Below are positions 9,065 through 16,547 of a DNA stretch of 32,000 bases, piece by piece. The stretch is from Methylorubrum extorquens (GTDB lineage Bacteria; Pseudomonadota; Alphaproteobacteria; Rhizobiales; Beijerinckiaceae). Under the pieces are notes generated by a model. The model was not told the DNA's origin and ran no database searches. It was given only the letters and a program-made list of their open reading frames with translations. The position numbers and the translations under genes were made by a program. The number at the start of each line of letters is the position of its first letter. Position 1 is the stretch's first letter. The stretch covers positions 1,290,001 to 1,322,000 of the forward strand of contig LT962688.1 in assembly GCA_900234795.1 (NCBI GenBank), read 5' to 3'.

Positions 9065-9547
9065 TCAGGCTTCCGCCCGCAGGCCCGCGAGGTCGAGCCG
9101 GCGGGTGACCATGGTGAGATCGCCCTTCCCATCCCGCGGCCACTCGGCCTCCGGGCGGTCGCGGTAGAGTTCGACCCCGTTCCCGTCGGGATCGCGCAGG
9201 TAGAGCGCCTCCGACACGCCGTGGTCGCTGGCCCCGTCGAGGGAGAGGCCGGCCGCCTCGACCCGGCGCAGGGCGTCGGCCAGGGCCGCCCGGCTCGGGT
9301 AGAGGATCGCGAGGTGGTAGAGCCCGGTCGTGCCGGGCGGCGGCGGAGGGCCGCCCGCGCTCTCCCAGGTGTTGAGGCCGATATGGTGGTGATAGCCGCC
9401 GGCCGAGACGAAGGCGGCTTGGGCACCGAAGCGCTGCATCAGGGCGAAGCCGAGCACGCCGCAATAGAAGCCCAGGGCCCGTTCGAGATCGGCCACCTTG
9501 AGGTGAACGTGGCCGATGCGGGTGCCGGGATGGATCGGTTCGCTCAT
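9065..9547 (-). CDS. VOC family protein (glyoxalase/dioxygenase fold)
   Basis: IGHVHLKVADLERALGFYCGVLGF...HHHIGLNTW...LYHLAILYP...SEALYLRDPDGNGVELY is a typical two-module VOC. An alternative in-frame ATG at 9562 was created by a 15-bp duplication. Confidence 0.85.
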   Translation of the reverse strand: MSEPIHPGTRIGHVHLKVADLERALGFYCGVLGFALMQRFGAQAAFVSAGGYHHHIGLNTWESAGGPPPPPGTTGLYHLAILYPSRAALADALRRVEAAGLSLDGASDHGVSEALYLRDPDGNGVELYRDRPEAEWPRDGKGDLTMVTRRLDLAGLRAEA

Positions 9548-9574
9548 GGTCCCTCTCCCCATGGTCCCTCTCCC
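9545..9574. repeat. Exact 15-bp tandem duplication containing SD plus ATG
   Basis: catggtccctctccc occurs twice in tandem (9545-9559 and 9560-9574). On the minus strand this reads GGGAGAGGGACCATG twice. Confidence 0.9.
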
Positions 9575-9587
9575 GATGGGTTCCGTC

Positions 9588-9983
9588 TCATGCCCGCCGC
9601 AGGGCGTAGGCGCCGTCGCCGAGCCCGGCCTGGACCAGCAGCATCACCGCCCAGAAGCCCGCGAACTCCCAGCCGCCGCCCGGATTCTGCGCGAAGAAGC
9701 CGTTGGCGCCATGCACGGTGACGATGGCGCCGATCAGGATCGGGACCAGGGCCAGAGCGACGAAGCGGGCGTAGAGGCCGAGGATCAGAGCGAGGCCGCC
9801 GACGGCCTCCGCGGCGATCACAACGTAGCCGAATGCGGGCGGCAGGCCGAGCGAGCCGAAGAAGGCGGCGGTGCCCGCGGGCGTGAACACGAACAGCTTC
9901 AGCCCGGCATGGGCCAGGAACAGGCCGCCGAGGGTGAGCCGCAGCAGCAGGGCGGCGTAGGGGGCGGTGCGGGTGTCGGTCAT
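9588..9983 (-). CDS. DoxX family membrane protein
   Basis: Pattern typical of the four-TM DoxX family: YAALLLRLTLGGLFLAHAGLKL...GLPPAFGYVVIAAEAVGGLALILGL...PILIGAIVTVH. The start at ATG 9983 removes a basic non-protein-like leader. Confidence 0.85.
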   Translation of the reverse strand: MTDTRTAPYAALLLRLTLGGLFLAHAGLKLFVFTPAGTAAFFGSLGLPPAFGYVVIAAEAVGGLALILGLYARFVALALVPILIGAIVTVHGANGFFAQNPGGGWEFAGFWAVMLLVQAGLGDGAYALRRA

Positions 9984-10078
9984 GATCGTCTCGAAGGTGC
10001 GCCACGGTCGCGGGCGTTTACGGTGACCGGACCATGCCTTTCTCAGGCGATTGCGATAATTCGCGTTCGCTGCCATTC

Positions 10079-10101
10079 ACCTCACTCTGCGAGAGTGAGG
10101 T
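10079..10101. promoter_or_regulatory. 10-bp perfect inverted repeat overlapping the LysR SD
   Basis: ACCTCACTCT-gcg-AGAGTGAGGT. The 3' arm contains GAGG, 5 nt upstream of GTG 10106. It lies in the divergent DoxX/LysR intergenic region. Confidence 0.35.
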
Positions 10102-10105
10102 TATC

Positions 10106-11014
10106 GTGCTCGACCGCGTGACGGGAATGCAGGTCTTCTGCCGCGTCGCCGCACTCGGCAGCTTCTCGGCCGCCGGACGGGCGCTCGGCCTCTCGCAGAC
10201 CGGGGTCACCAAGCATGTCGCGGCCCTGGAGGCGCGGCTGGGCACGCGGCTCCTGCACCGGACGACCCGCCGCCTGACGCTCACCGAAACCGGTCGGACC
10301 TATCTCGAGGCCTGCGAGCGGATTCTCGCCGAGATCGACGATGCGGAGGCGGCGGTCGGCGCCGAAGGGGTCGAGGCCCACGGCACCCTGCGGCTCAACG
10401 TGCCGCTCTCCTTCGGCGTGCGGGAGATCGCCCCGGCGCTCGCGGCGTTCTCCGCCGCGCATCCGGCACTGACGATCGAACTCGGCCTCAACGACCGGCG
10501 GGTCGACCTGATCGAGGAGGGGTGGGATCTCGCCGTGCGGATCGGGACCCTCGCCGATTCGGGGCTGATCGCCCGGCGTCTCACATCCAGCCGCCTCGTG
10601 GCCTGCGGCGCGCCCGCCTATTTCGAGCGGCACGGCACGCCGCGCCGGCCCGAGGAGCTGAAGAACCACAATTGCCTGGGCTACACCCTGTCGGATTCCA
10701 GCGGCTGGCGCTTCGGCGAGCAGGCCTACCCGGTCTCGGGCAACCTGCGGGCGCCGAACGGCGCCGCCCTGACGGCCGCGGCCGTGGCCGGCCTCGGGCT
10801 GATCTACCAGCCGACCTTTCTGGTGGCGCAGGCCCTGCGGGCGGGAACGCTCGTCCCCCTCGATTTCGGCACCCCCTCCCCGGTCCTGCCGATCCACGCC
10901 CTGATGCCGCCGGGCCGGCGCCCGGCCAAGACGCGCGCCTTCGTGGAGTTTCTGGCGCAGCGGTTCGCGGGCGAGCCGGCCTGGGAGCGGGATCTGCCGG
11001 AGGCGGTGCGATGA
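10106..11014 (+). CDS. LysR family transcriptional regulator
   Basis: HTH region MQVFCRVAALGSFSAAGRALGLSQTGVTKHVAALEARLGTRLLHRTTRRLTLTETG plus a LysR substrate-binding domain. The GTG start at 10106 follows GAGG. It is divergent from the DoxX-VOC operon. Confidence 0.9.
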   Translation: MLDRVTGMQVFCRVAALGSFSAAGRALGLSQTGVTKHVAALEARLGTRLLHRTTRRLTLTETGRTYLEACERILAEIDDAEAAVGAEGVEAHGTLRLNVPLSFGVREIAPALAAFSAAHPALTIELGLNDRRVDLIEEGWDLAVRIGTLADSGLIARRLTSSRLVACGAPAYFERHGTPRRPEELKNHNCLGYTLSDSSGWRFGEQAYPVSGNLRAPNGAALTAAAVAGLGLIYQPTFLVAQALRAGTLVPLDFGTPSPVLPIHALMPPGRRPAKTRAFVEFLAQRFAGEPAWERDLPEAVR

Positions 11015-11023
11015 TGAGGGCGA

Positions 11024-11410
11024 TCACACCCGTCGGATCGGGCCGGGATAGCGGGCCACGAGAGCGTCGGAGGTCAGGAGCGTGATGCCTTCCACGGTCG
11101 CTTGAGCGACGAGGAGCCGGTCGAACGGGTCCTTGTGGATGAGGGGAAGTCCCTCCACCGCAACGGCATGCTTTCCGAGAACGGGCAGCTCTTCGTACCC
11201 GTTCTCAATCAGGCCGCGATACAGGATGCGGCTGTCGATCCTGAAATCCGGCCGGCCGAGACTGCGCTTGATCGCGATTTCCCAAAGGCTGGCGATGCTG
11301 AAGACGGGCGTAAGATCTGGATCCTCGATCGAGGTGCGGACCGAGGCCGGCAACCGAGCGGATCCCTCCGCAACCCAGATCAGCAAGTGGGTGTCGAGGA
11401 GGAGCCTCAC
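11024..11410 (-). CDS. vapC: Type II toxin VapC (PIN domain ribonuclease)
   Basis: PIN acidic residues sit in LLLDTHLLIW, SIASLWEIAIK and DPFDRLLVAQA. GTG 11410 overlaps the antitoxin stop (GTGA). Confidence 0.9.
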   Translation of the reverse strand: MRLLLDTHLLIWVAEGSARLPASVRTSIEDPDLTPVFSIASLWEIAIKRSLGRPDFRIDSRILYRGLIENGYEELPVLGKHAVAVEGLPLIHKDPFDRLLVAQATVEGITLLTSDALVARYPGPIRRV

Positions 11411-11655
11411 TTGTCCTCTTCGCCCTCGAACAACCGGATGATCTCGTCCTGAAACATCGTGTCGAAATCGTCCGGCACCGAGATCTGCCCGGCGAGGAAA
11501 CCGAGGCGTCGCGTCCGCGGCAGCTCGGTTTCCGCGGGCACGACCCGGACCAGGGGCCGGCCGTTTTCGGCGATGACGAACGGCTCGCCGCGCGACGCCG
11601 CCTCGATCAGCCGCGACAGATCCGCCTCGGCCTCTCGGAGGCTGACCGTTTTCAT
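11407..11655 (-). CDS. Type II antitoxin, Phd/YefM family
   Basis: MKTVSLREAEADLSRLIEAASRGEPFVIAENGRPLVRVVP is a classic Phd/YefM N-domain. SD GGGAGA lies upstream of the ATG at 11655, and there is a 4-nt overlap with vapC. Confidence 0.85.
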   Translation of the reverse strand: MKTVSLREAEADLSRLIEAASRGEPFVIAENGRPLVRVVPAETELPRTRRLGFLAGQISVPDDFDTMFQDEIIRLFEGEEDK

Positions 11656-11777
11656 GACGGTCTCCCTGATGTGAAAACGCGCTAAAGCTAGTCCGGGCCC
11701 AAAACGGCCGCAAGCCGGGACAATCTTGGGCCGTTCGGACTCTTTCGGAGACCGCCCGACGGGCCCATATTGCCGCC

Positions 11778-14504
11778 ATGCCCGCACCCAAGACACCGCG
11801 CGTGAGTCCGGCCAAAGCGCCTGCCAAGGCGACTTCGAAGACGACGGCGAAGGCCGACCGGCCCGAGCTGATGCCGCTCGACGAGCATCTTGCCGCGCTG
11901 CTCAACCCGGCCCTCAACCGCAACCGCCTGAAGGCGGTCGAGCCCGTGCCGGAACCGCCCCGAAAAGGACGCGGACCGAAGGGCGAGGCGAAGGCCTACA
12001 AGAAAATCGCGCAAGACGGCTTCGCCGAGGCGCCGCAGGCGGGCTTCGCCATCGGCGACGCGGCCGACGTCGATCCGCGGCTGGCGCAGGCGCTCGGCCT
12101 CGTCCCGCCCGACGACGGCCCGGCACCGAAAACCGCGCCCGATGCCGAGACGCCCTCGCTCGCCACAGAGGGCGTCTCGGCCACGGTCGAGGCGCTGGAG
12201 CGGCTGCTCGTCGAGGGCAACCCGCTGTTCAAGAACGGCGAGGCCTGGGTGCCGCACCGGCCCGAACGGCCGGCGAAGTCCGAGGGCGGCGTGAAGTTCA
12301 CGCTGAAATCCGAGTTCACGCCCGCCGGTGACCAGCCCACCGCCATCGCCGCCCTGGTCGAGGGCGTCCGGACGGCCGAGCGCGATCAGGTGCTGCTCGG
12401 CGTCACCGGCTCGGGAAAAACCTTCACGATGGCCAAGGTCATCGAGGAGACGCAACGCCCGGCCCTGATCCTGGCGCCGAACAAGACGCTGGCGGCGCAG
12501 CTCTACGGCGAGTTCAAGAGCTTTTTCCCGGACAACGCGGTCGAGTACTTCGTCTCGTATTACGACTATTACCAGCCCGAGGCCTACGTGCCCCGGTCCG
12601 ACACCTTCATCGAGAAGGAAAGCTCGATCAACGAGCAGATCGACCGGATGCGCCACTCGGCCACCCGTGCCCTGCTGGAGCGGGACGACGTCATCATCGT
12701 CGCCTCGGTCTCGTGCATCTACGGTATCGGCTCGGTCGAGACCTACACGGCGATGTCGTTCACGGTGTCGCTCGGCGAGCGGATCGAGCAGCGCCAGCTC
12801 ATCGCCGACCTCGTAGCCCTTCAGTACAAGCGCATCCAGTCGGACTTCGCCCGCGGCACCTTCCGGGTGCGCGGCGACGTGATCGAGCTGTGGCCGGCCC
12901 ACTTGGAGGATCGCGGCTGGCGCATCGGCCTGTTCGGCGACGAGATCGAATCCATCGTCGAGTTCGATCCGCTGACCGGCAAGAAGCTCAACGAGCTGAA
13001 GTTCGTCAAAGTCTACGCGAACTCGCACTACGTCACGCCGCGCCCCACCCTCCAGCAGGCGATCAAGGGCATCAAGACCGAGCTCAAGCTCCGCGTCGAG
13101 GAGCTGACCCGGATGGGCCGCCTCATCGAGGCGCAGCGGCTGGAGCAGCGCTGCACCTTCGACATCGAGATGATCGAGGCGACCGGTGCCTGTAACGGCA
13201 TCGAGAACTATTCGCGCTATCTCACCGGCCGCAAGCCCGGCGAGCCGCCGCCGACCCTGTTCGAGTACCTGCCCGACAACGCCCTCGTCTTCACCGACGA
13301 GAGCCACGTCACGGTTCCGCAGATCGGCGGCATGTACAAGGGCGACTTCCGCCGCAAGGCGACGCTGGCCGAGTACGGCTTCCGCCTGCCCTCCTGCCTC
13401 GACAACCGCCCGCTGCGGTTCGAGGAATGGGACGCGATGCGCCCGCAATCGGTCCACGTCTCGGCGACTCCGGCCAAGTGGGAGATGGAGCGCACGGCCG
13501 GCGTCTTCGCCGAGCAGGTCATCCGCCCCACCGGCCTCGTCGATCCGGTGATCGAGATCCGCCCGGCCCGCTCCCAGGTCGACGACCTGCTGGGCGAAGT
13601 CCGCGAAGTCGCCCAGGCCGGCTACCGCACCCTGGTGACCACGCTGACCAAGCGCATGGCCGAGGATCTCACCGAGTACCTGCACGAGAACTCGGTGCGG
13701 GTGCGCTACATGCACTCCGACATCGACACCCTGGAGCGCATCGAGATTATTCGCGACCTGCGCCTCGGCGCCTTCGACGTGCTGATCGGCATCAACCTGC
13801 TGCGCGAGGGTCTCGACATCCCCGAATGCGCGCTCGTCGCCATTCTCGATGCCGACAAGGAAGGCTTTCTGCGCTCCGAGACCTCGCTGATCCAGACCAT
13901 CGGCCGCGCGGCCCGCAACGCGGATGCCCGCTGCATCCTCTACGCGGACAACATCACCGGCTCGATGGAGCGGGCGATGGCCGAGACCGAGCGCCGCCGC
14001 CAGAAGCAGCTCGCCTACAACGAGGAACACGGCATCACGCCGCAATCGGTCAAGCGCGGCATCAGCGACATCCTCGAGAGCGTGTACGAGCGCGACCATG
14101 TTCGCGTCGATACGGGGCTGGCCAAGGACGCGATCACCGTCGGCCACAACCTCAAGGCGGTGATGGCCGACCTCGAGAAGCGGATGCGCGCCGCCGCCGC
14201 CGATCTCGACTTCGAGGAGGCCGCACGGCTTCGCGACGAGCTCAAGCGCCTCCAGGCGACCGAACTTATGGTCTCCGACGATCCCATGGCCCGGCAGGGC
14301 GACATCGAGCGCGAGGCTGGCCGCTACGGGCAGAAGGGCAGCCGCATCTCGAAGCCCACCCTCGACAATATGGGCCCCGGCACCGACCGCGAACTCCCGG
14401 CCGACGCCGTGCCCTGGCAGGAGCGGCCCAAGGCGCGCTCGACGCAAGGACTCGGCGGCCAGAAGCCCCGCTACAAGGGCGGCGGCGGACGCAAGCGAGG
14501 GTGA
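11778..14504 (+). CDS. uvrB: Excinuclease ABC subunit B with N- and C-terminal extensions
   Basis: The canonical core starts near 12291 ([18 protein letters not shown]). Walker [19 protein letters not shown], helicase motifs and the UVR domain ([15 protein letters not shown]) are present. The upstream roughly 171 codons are in frame with high GC3. Confidence 0.95.
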   Translation: MPAPKTPRVSPAKAPAKATSKTTAKADRPELMPLDEHLAALLNPALNRNRLKAVEPVPEPPRKGRGPKGEAKAYKKIAQDGFAEAPQAGFAIGDAADVDPRLAQALGLVPPDDGPAPKTAPDAETPSLATEGVSATVEALERLLVEGNPLFKNGEAWVPHRPERPAKSEGGVKFTLKSEFTPAGDQPTAIAALVEGVRTAERDQVLLGVTGSGKTFTMAKVIEETQRPALILAPNKTLAAQLYGEFKSFFPDNAVEYFVSYYDYYQPEAYVPRSDTFIEKESSINEQIDRMRHSATRALLERDDVIIVASVSCIYGIGSVETYTAMSFTVSLGERIEQRQLIADLVALQYKRIQSDFARGTFRVRGDVIELWPAHLEDRGWRIGLFGDEIESIVEFDPLTGKKLNELKFVKVYANSHYVTPRPTLQQAIKGIKTELKLRVEELTRMGRLIEAQRLEQRCTFDIEMIEATGACNGIENYSRYLTGRKPGEPPPTLFEYLPDNALVFTDESHVTVPQIGGMYKGDFRRKATLAEYGFRLPSCLDNRPLRFEEWDAMRPQSVHVSATPAKWEMERTAGVFAEQVIRPTGLVDPVIEIRPARSQVDDLLGEVREVAQAGYRTLVTTLTKRMAEDLTEYLHENSVRVRYMHSDIDTLERIEIIRDLRLGAFDVLIGINLLREGLDIPECALVAILDADKEGFLRSETSLIQTIGRAARNADARCILYADNITGSMERAMAETERRRQKQLAYNEEHGITPQSVKRGISDILESVYERDHVRVDTGLAKDAITVGHNLKAVMADLEKRMRAAAADLDFEEAARLRDELKRLQATELMVSDDPMARQGDIEREAGRYGQKGSRISKPTLDNMGPGTDRELPADAVPWQERPKARSTQGLGGQKPRYKGGGGRKRG

Positions 14505-14510
14505 GGGCGC

Positions 14511-14535
14511 GCGACGGCGGAACCTCGGCCGTCGC
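14511..14535 (+). terminator. Hairpin downstream of uvrB
   Basis: GCGACGGC-9 nt-GCCGTCGC begins 7 nt after the uvrB TGA. There is no strong U-tract. Confidence 0.35.
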
Positions 14536-14621
14536 CTGCGATTGGCTCTTCAGATCCTGCAACCGTCGGTCCGCTCCGCCGTGAGCCCGGCCGGCGGCGC
14601 CAAGCGTGATGGAGCCGACCG

Positions 14622-14933
14622 ATGCGATCCCCCTCCCCCCTCAGCCGGGCCGCCCTGGGCGCCCTCCTCGGCAGCCTGATCCTGTCCGCGCCGGCCCTGG
14701 CCCAGAGCGCGGCCAACCCCAACGACCAGCCCACCGCCGGCACCCTACCCTCCGGCACCGATACGGTGCGCGGTAACGATCGCTCCGCCGAGCGGCCGAC
14801 AGGCGAGGTCTCGCCCCCGAGCGCGATCCGCTCCTCGACCGCGGTGGTACCGGAAGGCAAGAGCGGAAAGACCGTGCGCACCAACCCGTCCGATCACCTC
14901 TCGAAGCCGTTCCGCTCGAACCACGAAAACTGA
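14622..14933 (+). CDS. Small secreted hypothetical protein
   Basis: Signal peptide MRSPSPLSRAALGALLGSLILSAPALA-QS. GGAG lies 8 nt upstream. GC3 is very high in this frame. No recognisable domain. Confidence 0.6.
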   Translation: MRSPSPLSRAALGALLGSLILSAPALAQSAANPNDQPTAGTLPSGTDTVRGNDRSAERPTGEVSPPSAIRSSTAVVPEGKSGKTVRTNPSDHLSKPFRSNHEN

Positions 14934-15022
14934 TCCGCAACCCCACCCCCGCATTCGCCGTTGGACCGGCACGGCCGCCACACGGGACGTGAAGGGCGGC
15001 GTGAACCGGCGGGAGGAAACGC

Positions 15023-15700
15023 ATGGGGCTGCTCGATCAGGTCATCGGCGGAGTCGTCGGACAGGTTTTGGGGGGCGGACGCGGCGGGGCGCTGGCCTCG
15101 CCGGTGGTGAAAGCGCTCCTCATGCTGCTGCTCGCCAAGGGCGGCGGCGGCCTCGGCGACATCCTCGGCCGCGGATCGCCGGAATCCGGCGGTCGATCTT
15201 TCCCCGGCCCGGGCGAAGACGACGGCGATCTCGGCGGGTTCAACCAGGGCCGCCGCAGCGGGCCGCCGTCTCAGGCAAGTGAGGCCGGCAACGACCTCGG
15301 CGGCGATTTCGGCGACCTTGCCGGCATGCTCGACGGTCCCGGCGGGGGTGCCTCCGGCAGCCGTTCACCCGGCGGAGGTCCCTATGCCGGGCTCGACCGT
15401 GAGCCGGATGACGGAAGCGGCGCGGCCTCCCACGGGCTCGACGGCTTGATCCAGAGCTTCGAGCGGAGCGGTCTCGGCGACGTGATCGGCTCGTGGATCG
15501 GCCACGGCCCCAACCGCGAGATCGCGCCGAACCGTCTCGCCGACGCTCTGGGCCCGGGCACCCTCGACAGCTTGAGCCGCGAGACCGGCCTGCCGCGCGA
15601 GGATCTGCTCGCGCAACTGGCGCAGGCCCTGCCCGGCGTGATCGATGCGCTGACGCCCCAGGGCCGGGCGCCGAGCCGCGAGGAGCGCGGCGGCTGGTAG
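15023..15700 (+). CDS. YidB/DUF937 family protein
   Basis: N-terminus MGLLDQVIGGVVGQVLGG and C-terminus GLGDVIGSWIGHGPNREIAPNRLADALGPGTLDSLSRETGLPREDLLAQLAQALPGVIDALTPQG match the YidB family pattern. SD GGGAGGAA. Confidence 0.75.
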   Translation: MGLLDQVIGGVVGQVLGGGRGGALASPVVKALLMLLLAKGGGGLGDILGRGSPESGGRSFPGPGEDDGDLGGFNQGRRSGPPSQASEAGNDLGGDFGDLAGMLDGPGGGASGSRSPGGGPYAGLDREPDDGSGAASHGLDGLIQSFERSGLGDVIGSWIGHGPNREIAPNRLADALGPGTLDSLSRETGLPREDLLAQLAQALPGVIDALTPQGRAPSREERGGW

Positions 15701-15719
15701 TCCGAGGAAGGCTTCTGCC

Positions 15720-16448
15720 ATGGCCTACGAGCTGCACTACTGGCCGATGATCCCCGGCCGCGGCGAGTTCGTGCGGCTCGCCCTCGAACAGGCCGGGGCG
15801 GATTACGTCGATGTCGCCCGCCAGCCCGAGGAGGCGGGCGGCGGCATCGCGGCGATGATGGAGCGGCTGGAGGACGAGCCGATCCGCCCGCCCTTCGCCC
15901 CGCCCTTCCTCAAGGACGGCGACCGCGTGATCGGCCAGACCGCGGCGATTCTGCTCTATCTCGGGCCGCGCCTCGGCCTGGTCGGGGCGGACGAGGCCGA
16001 CCGGATCTGGACGCACCAGATCCAGCTCACGATCGCCGACATGGTGGCGGAGGCGCACGACACCCATCACCCGGTCGGCGTCGGGCTCTATTACGAGGAC
16101 CAGCGGCCGGAGGCGCGCCGCCGCGCCGAGGATTTCTGCGCGAACCGCATCCCGAAATTCCTGGACTGGTTCGAGCGCGTGCTCGCCCGCAACCCGGCGG
16201 GGCCGGAGCATCTGGTGGGCGGCGCGGTGAGCTACGCCGACACCTCGCTGTTCCAGCTCGTGGAAGGTCTGCGCTACGCCTTTCCCCGGGCCACGGCCCG
16301 GGCGCTGGCGCAAACGCCGCATGTCGTCGCCCACGCGGAGCGGATCGGGCGGCTGCCGCGCATCACCGCCTACCGAGCCAGTAAGCGCTGCCTCCCCTTC
16401 AACGAAGAGGGCATCTTCCGGCATTATCCGGAACTCGATGCCCGCTAA
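15720..16448 (+). CDS. Glutathione S-transferase family protein
   Basis: Thioredoxin-like N-domain (ELHYWPMIPGRGEFVRLALE...FLKDGDRVIGQTAAILLYLG) and a helical C-domain. SD GAGGAAGG. Confidence 0.8.
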   Translation: MAYELHYWPMIPGRGEFVRLALEQAGADYVDVARQPEEAGGGIAAMMERLEDEPIRPPFAPPFLKDGDRVIGQTAAILLYLGPRLGLVGADEADRIWTHQIQLTIADMVAEAHDTHHPVGVGLYYEDQRPEARRRAEDFCANRIPKFLDWFERVLARNPAGPEHLVGGAVSYADTSLFQLVEGLRYAFPRATARALAQTPHVVAHAERIGRLPRITAYRASKRCLPFNEEGIFRHYPELDAR

Positions 16449-16547
16449 CCTGCCGGTGCCGGTCACGGCGCCGGGGCGGAGCGACGAAGGCCGTTTTGTC
16501 CAAACCGTCGCGCTTGTGCCCGCTGGCGGCGTGCTACATGTGCTCTT

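Noticed and set aside
11735-11760. Possible LexA/SOS box upstream of uvrB (GTTCGGACTCTTTCGGA; direct repeat TTCGGA-N4-TTCGGA)
   Set aside because: It does not match the alphaproteobacterial GTTC-N7-GTTC consensus without two mismatches in the second half-site. This is too weak to call from sequence alone.
11688-14447. 919-aa ORF on the minus strand
   Set aside because: It lies entirely antisense to uvrB. The sequence is Arg/Gly/Ala/Leu-rich with no domain pattern, typical of a high-GC shadow ORF. uvrB on the plus strand has unmistakable motifs.
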